A stretch of 64,000 nt of DNA from assembly GCF_006345805.1 (NCBI RefSeq), contig NC_043001.1, positions 120,714,001 through 120,778,000 of the forward strand, given 5' to 3'. This document shows, piece by piece, positions 1 through 10,969 of this stretch; positions within the stretch are counted from its first letter, which is position 1, and every line of letters begins with the position of its first letter. The notes beneath the pieces are model-generated. The model was not told where the DNA came from, ran no database searches, and saw only the letters and a program-made list of their open reading frames with translations. The DNA comes from Octopus sinensis (Eukaryota). Position numbers and translations under genes: made by a program.

Positions 1-246
1 CTACTTTTCCTCTGTCTTTTTAATGATCTTTCTTTGCCCTTAAATATATGTCTACTACTAAAAAAAATAGCATTTTGCCACTACTTCTGAAGAAAAAATG
101 TCGGCATCTCAGCATTTCCATTGATCATATTGATACCTCACGCTTATGTGTAGATAATAATGTCCACTTGTTCGGTTTGTATTATTGTATCAGTATGGTC
201 AGTCCACATTACTCCATAAAGAACATACTCCGTAAGGATCATAAGA

Positions 247-457
247 CTGGTTTCCCAGTTTCTCTGGGGTATATATTCCTCCCTGGACGGGATGCTAGTC
301 CGTCACAAGGTTACTCACTTTTACCAGCTAAGTGCACTGGAACAACATGAAATAAAATGTTTGCTCAAGAACACAACGCAACACACCTCCAGGAATCGAA
401 ACCATAGTCTTACGATCATGAATCCAACACCCTAACCACTAAGCCACGCGCATCCAC
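247..457 (-). mobile_element. tRNA-derived SINE (OK-type octopus SINE; CORE-like and V/Meta-like central segments)
   Basis: The reverse strand begins with a tRNA-like head (GCGCGTGGCTTAGTGGTTAG...GGTTTCGATTCC), then GTGTTCTTGAGCAA and GACGGACTAGCATCCCGTCCAGGG. Homologous heads occur at about 34960-35065, 41190-41480 and 52190-52520. Family naming is from memory. Confidence 0.8.
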
Positions 458-802
458 ATTGCCTCAGTATGCATGCCCAAAAGTCGCTGGATTTTCTTAA
501 ACAGATGTACAGAAATTTCAACAATACATTTTTTTCGCGAAATAATTCAGTAGTTACATTTATGAAGTATTTATTATAAATGATACAAATTATATAATGC
601 CATACATGCTTGTTTACCTTTTATCCCTTTATTACACGCTCGAACTACACATTTCTTCAAGCCAAATCTTGTTTCACGGAACTATTTCTACCATGATAGG
701 GAGATAGGATTTTAAGAATCTGTCCATTTTGAGCATTAATTCAGTTTCTGTTACACGCTTCGCTTACAATAGCATCTTCTCACTCATTGGATACATATAA
801 AT

Positions 803-1093
<291 letters not shown>

Positions 1094-1988
1094 GATAGTG
1101 CGTATGTGAGTGTGTAATTAAAAGATTTGATTTTGCAAAGCAAAGTATACTTATTTTATCTTTTAGTCTTGTTAGTCGTGTACCGCTCAGCAAAATCAAA
1201 TTCTTGACATGTAATCCCGTTTCACTCCCTGGTTATGCTTTGTTTTGCTTTTGCTTTATTTTGCTTTTTGTTGTTCTTTTTTCTTTGTACTGTTTCTTTT
1301 GCTTAGTCTGCGCCCGGTCTTTCCGAGCCCTTCGAGGCTAGCGAAATCGATGCTGTCAACGTTCTGTTTATACTATTACTAGTCAACTCCTATTGGGACT
1401 ATTATAGTAGTAGCGATAGAAAAGATAAAGAGAAGGGACAATACACCCAAGGGCGGAAGGTTAGAGCATGTTTGTTAGTGATTTAGTACCAGTCTGAAGA
1501 GTGGCTCTTCACTGATGCAATCTAGGTCGCACAGGTGTTTCTTCGAGTGGATCCATTCCAAACAAATAACCCAAGTGTTTCCTACCATCATAAACAAAAT
1601 ATTAACCCGGCGATGGATTAGCATAACCGTTAGAACATCAGACAGAACGCCCAGTGATATTTGAGGCCAGGCACTTGACGCTCTGAGTTCGAATTTCGCT
1701 AATGTTTACTTGACTTGTCATCGTTCTGCGGGCGCTGAAACGAAGTAGCAGCCCAGTACTAAGACTCCTCTTCTAATCGACTGTCCCTACCCACAAAACT
1801 TGCAGTCCAGTGTCTATATGAAATGAAAAGTCTCGACATGGCCCTCACATCGGTACTAAGAATCTCTCGGAAGGAAAGGACGAAGCGAGCGTAAAACCAT
1901 ACTTCAACCACAATATTATGACTAGTAGTAGTAGTAGTAGTAGTAGTTGTTGTTGTTGTTGTTGTAGTAGTAGTAGTTTAGTCAGAAG

Positions 1989-2698
1989 AAAGAAGAAGAA
2001 CGGGTCATTGTAGGTGGACGATGATGTGCCGTCTGCATGTTCCGAAGTTGTGCGACCCACGGTGGAAGAAACGACTCTCACCCTTAAAGGTGAAGAATTA
2101 CTTATCTTTTTCTACTACAAGGGCGGGGAGGTGGAAAAAATAGTAGAAGAACATAAAGAGATAGTAGATATGGCCTTCACACGGGATCCCGAATGGCCTC
2201 CGCAGATACCTGTGGAGGTCATAAGGTTTTCCGTGTGGGAAAAGCTTAAAAGATTTAAAGAGGAATGTCGTGTATAGCCGGGTTGCCCTAACACGACATA
2301 TGCCTCGTACATGAATGAGGCATGGGAAATGGCGAGGTACAGGAACCCAAGCGGCATTGAAGATAATGATGGATATATTGATGAGTAGGGGGTGAAAAAG
2401 CCTCGTTAGAGGGTTTGAAACCTTATCTTATTGCATTATTTGTAGTGGTTTATAACCTTAATTGTGTTCTTTTTTTTAATTAACATGTTAAGAGGTTTTA
2501 GTGCCTCCTTTTTGTAAGAGGTTTGAAGCCTCATATTGATTTTTTGAAAAAAGAAAATATGTTTTCGAGAAAAATCCAATCGGCGGGTGTTGGGTTTCGT
2601 CTCTCATTTATTCATTTTATTTCATTTTCATTCATTAATGTGTTTGTCCAGCCCGCAGCTACTCTGTATACTGTCTTTATGGCAAATAAAATGAAATA

Positions 2699-2700
<2 letters not shown>
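1989..2700 (+). mobile_element. 5'-truncated retro-insertion with a 25-bp target-site duplication and a decayed unknown ORF (possibly L1/Tx1-related 3' end)
   Basis: GTAGTAGTAGTAGTTTAGTCAGAAG occurs at 1964-1988 and again at 2722-2746. Inside is a frameshift-free reading frame 1990-2388 with two internal TAG stops, then an AT-rich UTR ending in two AATAAA (2685-2690, 2695-2700) and a (GTA)n tail. Confidence 0.7.
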
Positions 2701-2735
<35 letters not shown>

Positions 2736-4924
2736 TTAGTCAGAAGTCAGCTTTGAGCAAATCTATGATCAAAGATGTTCTAGTTGTGAGCGTTCCATCC
2801 AATTTTTTTTCGTTAACATTGCTTTTCTGGACTACATCAGGCAGAGTGTATGCCATACATTTTGAAACGGTATGGTACGAGACGAGAAAAATTTAGCTAC
2901 TATTTCTAACAGGTCCAACGACCACGTAAAAGCTTTCTCGTTTACTCGATGGTAACAGGTTTGTTTAGCCCCTTGAGGGTAGTAAAGATATAGGTTTATA
3001 TCAACAGAAGTGGTGGGAAGTGCATTTTGATCTCAAACGTGTAAAGCATGTACTTTGTGTTTACTCCTTCGGCAATCAATATAGAATCGATAAGGACATT
3101 CCATCTGAGAATAAAGATTCCATTTCATCGAGGTTTATCGTTGGTTATTTGTCTCCTTGAGCTCTAATACACTTTTGTAGCTCATGTATTTCAAATATGT
3201 TGCATGAGATTCAGCAACATACCACATCATTGTTTAATTGAATGCTTTACTCTTAAGTAAACAGAAGTCAACACCCTTCGTTTATTTAACTTAAAGATCT
3301 TGATTTTCAATAACATCTTTGTTACAAAGATATCACATAGACACAATAATTGCGTGTAGTAATGTAATAACCACTGTAATGATTGTAATGTAACGGCGTA
3401 ATATCATTGTAGTAAAGATGTTATTCTCTGGGCGGGCTTCTCAAATGTGTTTTACTAATATCTTGAGATGTATTGGTCCACCCGAGAAACCTATCCCTTA
3501 CCAGTTCTGAACACAACCGATTTCTTCCCAAAGATGGAGTGGAGAAGGATTTGCTTCAATCATTGACTGATACTTTATTTATCGCTGCCGAAAACTATGA
3601 AAGGCAAAAGTTGACTACAACAGCATTTGAACTTAGAATGCAGAAAACCAGAATACATATATCGCAAGTCTACTTTGTCAACTCGCCGTCTATCTGTATG
3701 TATGTATACACACATACACAAACACGTATATATACTAGAGCATGACTGCTAGTGATTTAATACCAGTCGGTCGAATGACTCTCCACTGATGCAATCAAAG
3801 ATGACCAGGCGTTTCTTCGAGTGAGTCTATTTCAAACTTCCCTGGTATTGAAACCATAGGGATATCCGTTTGGGCAACTGCTGACAAGAATACACATATG
3901 TTATGCTCTTAGTTTCGTTATTCTGAGATGTCTTTCATTCTTGCAAATTCGAAAGGGCATAGTCAGAGGGGATAACTTACTTTGGTATTGTTTGATTTTC
4001 TCCATAGGTAAGCCTAATTATACTTGAACAGTGCTTAGATATTAGGGCTCCGTTTTGCACATGTAATCCTGGTGCACAACGATTTCTGGTGGAAAAACTG
4101 TTACAACTTAAATGGCGGAAATGCTTACCATTTTTCATACCTATTCCGGTAGGCAAAAAAAGCCATATTATTTTTTTCTCCTGTCCATACGCACGCACAC
4201 GCGTGTATATGAGAATAGATAGCCTAGAGAGAAGAGAAACAAATATTTTGGTCAAATATGTGTCATAAGCGAATCTAAAATATTGAATTCTCAACGACGC
4301 AATATTGATAATAATCAGATATAATTTCTTACGTAGATACGAGGCCACAGATGTATATAGCTGGGAAGGGATATTGCCGATTGAATGAACAGCCTCCCTG
4401 AAAGGGAAAGAGAGGGGGAGAGTGAAAGAGAGAGAAAGAGGGAGAAACAGAGGGAGAGACTGACGGACAGACAAATAGACAGATAATAAGAGACAGACAG
4501 ACAGACATATAATGAGAAAGTCGCACCTCGAAACGATTTCCAAAGGGACGAAACTAAATCCTGTAAAACATGGAGTCGGCGCTCTTTCGCTTTTATTCCG
4601 TTATTGCTTTGTTGACAAAAATAATTTCATTCCGGTTGCAATAAATAAAACAAATGTTTAGAAGGCGACAATATTCGCTGTTCAGTTTCTTTTATTTTAT
4701 TTTGCATCATCATCAGCCATGCGCATTGCACTTAGCAAATGCATTACACTAGTTGCAGCAACCTTAATTAAATCTGATAATAACCAAGAGGATTTTTGTT
4801 GTTGTTGTTCTTTAATCCTATAACATTGATTTCTTCTTACATAGCTCCAAAACACGGATTTGAGAGGAAAAGGGAAAATAAAAAAAAAGTTATGGTTGAT
4901 ATTCAGGGATTTCCTGAGAACATT

Positions 4925-5852
4925 AATAATGTTGGTTTCAAATGTTAGCACAAGGCCAGAAATCTCGGGGGAGGAGATAAATCGATTACATCGACCCCAG
5001 TGCTCAACAGGTATTTATTTTATCGATCCTGAAAGGATGAAAGGTTATGTCGACCTCGGTGGAATTTGTATTCAAAGTGTAAAGCCGAACGAAATGCCTA
5101 TTTCTTTACTACCCACAAGGGGCTACTCACAGAAGGGACAAACAAGGACAGACAAACGGATTATGTCGATTATATCGACCCCAGTGCGTAACTGGTACTT
5201 ATTTAATCGACCCCGAAAGGATGAAAGGCAAAGTCAACCTCGGCGGAATTTGAACTCAGAACGTAACAGCAGACGAAATACGGTTACGCATTTCGCCCGG
5301 CGTGCTAACGTTTATGCCAGCTCGCCGCCAACCGAACGAAATGCCGCCAATCATTTTACCCGGCGTGCTAACGATTCTTATTTCTTTATTGCCCACAAAG
5401 GGCTAAACATAGAGGCGATAAACAAGGAGAGATAAACGGATTAAGTCGATTACATCGACCCCAGTGCGTAACTGGTACTTAATTTATCGACTCCGAAAGG
5501 ATGAAAGGCAAAGCCGACCTCGGCGGAATTTGAACTCAGAACGTAGCGGCATACGAAATACTGCTAAGCATTTCGCCCGGTGTACTAACGATTCTGCCAG
5601 CTCACCGCCTTAGCCAGCTCGCTTCCTTTTAATAATCCTTTCCACTAAAGGCACAAGGCTTAAAATTTGGTCGAGGGGAGTGCTAGTCGACTACATCGGC
5701 CCCAGTATTTCACTGGTACTTAATTAATCGACCCCGAAAGGATGAAAGGCAAAGTCGACCTCGGCGGAATTTGAACTCAGATCGTAGCGGCAGATAAAAT
5801 ACCCCTAAGCATTTCGCCCGGTGTGCTAACGATTCTGCCAGCTCGCCACCTT
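4925..5852 (-). mobile_element. Cluster of four co-oriented tRNA-derived SINEs with a Nin-like central domain (two tail subfamilies, nested)
   Basis: Repeated motif ATCGACCCCAGTGCGTAACTGGTACTT...CGACCCCGAAAGGATGAAAGGCAAAGTCGACCTCGGCGGAATTTGAACTCAG. The reverse complement gives a tRNA-like head plus GCCTTTCATCCTTTCGGGGTCGATAAA (Nin-domain-like). This explains ORF 4860-5435. Confidence 0.85.
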
Positions 5853-6144
5853 CAACGGACATTAAATAATGTTAAGATGATAATTGAAAAGTTGTAACCA
5901 GAAATTGAACCTGAATTGCCAACTCGATAAGTTAGGAGCTTATCGCATACTTTACAGAATTTATGTCACATTTAATGCTCTCCACCATTTTGATCACGTT
6001 ACTTATAAATAATCTTCTTTAATAATACAATAGAATAGAGACCGAAGAAAGAGGGGAATGTAATTCTTATTTGTAATTTAAATATAATAAAAAAGTTTCT
6101 ATGGTGCAATAAAATAGTTTTTTCTTTTTTTCTTAATGGCAATC

Positions 6145-6500
6145 ATAAATATCGGTTTCAAATTTTAGCACAAGGCCAACAATTTCGGGATAGGGACTAA
6201 GTCGATTAAATCGACCCCAGTGTTATCAATCCCGAAAGGATTAAAGGCAAAGTTGACCCTGGAGGCATTTGAACCAAGATCGTAAAGACGGACGAAATGC
6301 CACTAAGCATTTTGCCCGACGTGCTAATGATACGCCCACCTCGCCGCCCTAATAGCAATTATAAATATCTTTTCTACTCTAGGCACAAGGCTCGAAATCT
6401 TGGGGGAGGGGGCCAGTCGATTAGATCAACCCCAGTGCGCAACTGGTACTTAATTTATCGACCCCGAAAGGATGAAAGGCAAAGTCGACCTCGGCGGAAG
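6145..6500 (-). mobile_element. Two further Nin-like SINE fragments
   Basis: Same GAAAGGAT(G/T)AAAGGCAAAGT(C/T)GACC core at about 6235-6260 and 6465-6495. Confidence 0.75.
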
Positions 6501-6603
6501 CAATTATAAATATCACCAAAGATTTGCTCGTTTTTCTCTTCTTTCCTTCTGATTTAGAAGGAATTTCTTTTTTTATTTCTAAATTTATTTTTTTATTTAT
6601 GTT

Positions 6604-6777
6604 AATTGTTTCAGTCATTTGACTGTGGCTGCGCAGGAACATCCAGCTTGGAGGGTTTCGTCACACAAATTAAACCTGGAACTTTATATTACTTATCATA
6701 TCGGTCTGTATTGCCGAACCGCTAGTTTACGGGAGCAAAAACAAACCGGCACACACACACAAATATAAATATATATG

Positions 6778-6861
<84 letters not shown>

Positions 6862-7030
6862 GGATGTGTGTGTATATATGTGTGCATGTATATATATATG
6901 TATGTATATGTACATGTGTATATTTATGTATTTATGGACATAGGTATATATATGTTTGTTTAAGGATTGTGTATACTATATATGTATATATATATATATA
7001 TGTATGTATGTATATATATATGTATGTATG

Positions 7031-7063
<33 letters not shown>

Positions 7064-7636
7064 TATATATATTATATATATACAGGGTTATTCAAAGGAA
7101 TGAACCGGTTTCATTATGCAATATTTTAATAAGGAAAAGCGATAGAAAACTCCAGCTAAGTCACAAGTATTTACTCCCAATCGACTTTTATTTCCTGTCT
7201 TACAAGTGTCCAATGTGGCCACCACCTGCAGCACGGACAACATCAATGCGATAAGAGAATTCCTCCCAGGCGCATATCTGCTTGACCTGCGAGATCCCCA
7301 GACCTCACCGCGTGTGATTTTTTTTTCTTGTGGGGATATGTAAAAGATCGCGTTTATGTTCTGCCGCTACCCACTGACCTCGATGACCTTAAACATCGAA
7401 TAACAACAGCGATCAACTCAGTGGATCGGGATATGTTGATATGTGTCTGGGAGGAATTCTCTTATCGCATTGATGTTGCTCGTGCTGCAGGTGGTGGCCA
7501 CATTGAACACTTGTAAGACAGGAAATAAAAGTTGACTGTGAGTAAATACTTGTGACTTAGCTGGAGTTTTCTATTGCTTTTCCTTATTAAAATATTCGTA
7601 ATGAAATCGGTTCATTCTTTTTGAATAACCCTGTAG

Positions 7637-7667
<31 letters not shown>

Positions 7668-7822
7668 CTACGGTCGCCCTTTAGTTTCTGTCGACCAAAT
7701 CCACTCACAGGACATCGGTCGGCTTGAGGCTCTAGAAGAAGACATTTGCCCAATGTGCTGCGCAGTGAGATTGAACTCAAGACCCCAGAGCAAACTTCTA
7801 AACCTCATATCCACACCTGCAA
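6604..7822 (-). mobile_element. OR-type SINE with an internal microsatellite, split by a Tc1/mariner MITE
   Basis: The 3' half (TTGTTTCAGTCATTTGACTG...CCGAACCGCTA) is at 6604-6770 and the 5' half (CAAATCCACTCAC...TTGCCCAA...CCACACCTGC) at 7636-7822. Between them lie an expanded (TA)n tract and the 7083-7633 element. Confidence 0.75.
7083..7633. mobile_element. Tc1/mariner-superfamily fold-back MITE with about 196-bp inverted arms and a C-terminal transposase remnant
   Basis: TA on both sides. Arm 7083-7278 is the reverse complement of 7438-7633 (ends CAGGGTTATTCAAA / TTTGAATAACCCTG). The spacer and right arm encode *PARSPDLTACDFFFLWGYVKDRVY...RIDVARAAGGGHIEHL, typical of DD37D/DD41D-type transposase C-termini. 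Confidence 0.9.
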
Positions 7823-8443
7823 ACTTCTATTTCATATTTTACATTCTGTTGCATTTACCCTAATACTTTTCTTTGTCCTCCTCAACACTAAATTCTTGAA
7901 GACTTCAGTTGCAGCGGAAGGGATTTTAGATGCGCTAAAATTCTAACGTGTTTAAGAAAGATGCACTTTTAGTTTTCATAGGAAATTTCGATATGGAAGT
8001 TCCAACACTCCGCTAGTTGAGAGAGAGAGAGAGAGAGAGAGAAGAGGAATAAATGCAATAAGAGAGATAATACTTGTATATAATACGTGAAGTACAGACA
8101 AACAGACAAAGAAAGAAAAAACACCCACAATTTTCTTACATAATTATATCATTTATCGCTATTTTTCTAGCTACTACGAAGAGATAGTTATGGTGTGCGT
8201 CTACACTATGCGGTATTCACCTAATCTCAACAATATTGCAATAGCTGTCTCATAATGGAAGGTTAGGAGAAAATGTATTTATATATTATCTATTTTGTAC
8301 GTTTGCATATAAGTGTGTGTGTACGTATGTAATAAATATGTATACAAACTATAATACGCGCGCGTGTGTGTGTATACAAAATATTTAATACGTTTTTTTT
8401 TATGTATATCATATTATATATGTGTGTGTGTGTGTGTGTGTGT

Positions 8444-8580
8444 GGCGCAGGCGTGGCTGTGTGGTAAGTAGCATGCTTACCAACCACATGGTTCCATGTC
8501 CAGTCCCACTGCCTGGCACCTTGGCCCGACCAAAGCCCTGTGAGTGAATTTGGTAGGCGGAAACTGAAAGAAGCCCGTCG

Positions 8581-8627
<47 letters not shown>

Positions 8628-8808
8628 CCCCCATCATCGCTTGACAACGGGTGTTGGTGTGATTACGTCCCCGTAACTTAGCAGTTCGGCAAAAGGGAAT
8701 GATAGAATAAGTACCAAGCTTACAAAGAATAGGTCCTGGCTCAAGTTGTTCGACTAAAGGCGATGCTCCAGCATGGCCGCATTAAAACAAGTAAAAAAAA
8801 TAAGAGAA
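8444..8808 (+). mobile_element. OR-type tRNA-derived SINE, near full length, with an internal (TA)(TG)n tract
   Basis: GGCGCAGGCGTGGCTGTGTGGTAAG head, CACCTTGG, GGAAACTGAAAGAAGCCCGTCG, the microsatellite, then the GCTCCAGCATGGCCGC tail. Confidence 0.9.
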
Positions 8809-9127
8809 TATATATACGTTTATTAATTTGTGTTGCAAGATTCCTGATATGAAATCGTGTATTGAAACAGATATTGTTTCGAGACAGTCATTTTTTTTGT
8901 TTTTCAAATAAACACACACTCTCTCTATATTTTTCCTTCACTCGTTTATTACTGTTCTTATTTTATTATTTCAACTCATGCCCACTGTCCGGAAATCTTT
9001 CGTCACACATCTTTGACTTCTTCAGCGACACAGTGTTAAAAGAATCAAATAAGAACAGTAATAAACGAGTGAAAAAAAAGATATAGTGTGTGTATTTGGA
9101 AAAAAAATGACCGTCCCGAAATACAAC

Positions 9128-9213
<86 letters not shown>

Positions 9214-9314
9214 TAGAGAGATTGAGAGATAGAGAGATATACACATATATACATATATATACACGCAACACATACATAAACACGTTACAGAATACTCATA
9301 TATACATATATATG

Positions 9315-9358
<44 letters not shown>

Positions 9359-9463
9359 ATATATATATCACGTGATCACGTGACCGACCAGACCATCAGA
9401 TGTTGCTACACATCGCTGGTCACAATGCGTTCGCATTGTTTTAGCCTTTGAATGACGCCAATA

Positions 9464-9520
<57 letters not shown>

Positions 9521-9522
<2 letters not shown>

Positions 9523-10275
9523 TTGAAAATATCGTCATAGGTATAAATATATACCATAAACACTTATAGAAAAAAATATTATTATTACTGTTTTTTTTTT
9601 CCCTTTTACAACTTGCTTGTAAATATCTGATTTTTCCTAATTACCGTTTTTTTATTCTCCCTTATTGTATCTTATTTTAATTTACTTTATTTTGTTAAAC
9701 CTTTTTTGGTGTCTTTCCAAAAATTCTTCACACTGATGAGAATGCCAATTCATAAATTTAATTATAATTATTATGATTATAATTTTTTTCATGCATATTT
9801 GTATTGTCCTTTGAAACGCGCGTATGCATTGAATCCTATTTTGTATTAAATCTAATTTTGACGCAACATCTTTTTCTCCTCCATTTTTCTATAATTGTTT
9901 ATGGTATATTTATACCTATAACGATATTTTTCAACTACTATTTTCATATTCTTACTACTTGCTCTGGCTGTTTTTTATGAATATGATGAATCTTTATTAG
10001 AAATCATTATTTCTCTCTTTTTGAACCTCTCAAAAAGTTTAAATTGTTCTCTTTTGAACTTATTTTTCCCACATATGTATATGTATGTCTGTATGTATAT
10101 ATATATATATATATATATATAAATTTGAAAAGCTAAACGCGAAACCGGTCTTTCTTCTAAATTATGTCATTGTAAGAAAAAAATTTCTAATATTCTTCAC
10201 ACATATTGACTCAAAAATATATTTTTTTTAACCTTTAAGCCTTCTGTAGTTTTTTCACTTTTTACTATTTTCTAA
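9521..10275 (+). mobile_element. T-rich repeat blocks inserted in (TA)n carrying hammerhead-like motifs (candidate Penelope-like element pLTR fragments)
   Basis: CTGATGAG at 9733-9740 with GAAACGCGCGTA at 9813-9824, and GAAACCGGTC at 10141-10150. Palindromic stem III motifs are typical of PLE minimal hammerheads. Both blocks are bounded by TA tracts. Confidence 0.5.
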
Positions 10276-10362
10276 ATATATATATATATATATACATACA
10301 TACATACATACATACATACATACATACATACATACATACATGCATACATACATACATACATA

Positions 10363-10394
<32 letters not shown>

Positions 10395-10712
10395 TTTCGT
10401 TTTCGTCTCTTGTATTTACATCTGTCTTGTGCGTTCACATTCCTGTCTTCTACCAAGAAATCTAATGCTTACAGCTTAGTTTTTTTTCTTGGGGCTGGCC
10501 GAGTTGGAGCAAATATCAGAATTGAACAGCCGAAATTTGCTATGATGATTCGGTGTCTGACTGAAGATTGAAGGCTTCGAATGATTTGTCTGTGTTCCGT
10601 GTTCGTCCCTTCCTGTATTTCACGTTCATTTATATAAAAACATTTATTCTTATATATATATATATTATATATATATATATATATATAATATATATATATC
10701 ATATTAAATATA

Positions 10713-10880
10713 AGGCATGAAAGATATGCAGTGGTTTATATATAGAGAATCCTGGAAGGTCTAGCACCCAATTTTGGAATTGAAAACTATATCAAGTGAA
10801 AAGTGAGACGGCACTGCACAGCACCAAAGATCCTGTCTTCTCAATCTAGAATAAGGACCTAATACTGTAACGGTACAGAA
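10713..10880 (+). mobile_element. Short CR1-like LINE C-terminal fragment
   Basis: Translates RHERYAVVYI*RILEGLAPNFGIE, the same motif as the LINE at 43730-44250. Confidence 0.65.
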
Positions 10881-10969
10881 AGGAAACCCAAACAAACTGA
10901 AGGGCGGTATTCCAGCATCACCTCAGCCTCTCGCTGACACTAGTAAAAGATATATATATATATATAAAC

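Noticed and set aside
4752-4762. GTTGCAGCAAC, RFX X-box-like palindrome
   Set aside because: The spacing does not fit the X-box consensus, and an 11-bp match is expected by chance in 64 kb.
4860-5435. 191-aa ORF
   Set aside because: It lies across nested SINE copies on their antisense strand and repeats SINE-derived peptide (STPVRNWYL...RPRKDERQS) seen in other copies.
9368-9383. Perfect palindrome TCACGTGATCACGTGA (double E-box/CLEAR-like)
   Set aside because: It is the terminus of a short repeat fragment inserted in (TA)n, recalled as a common SINE end. There is no evidence of a regulatory role.
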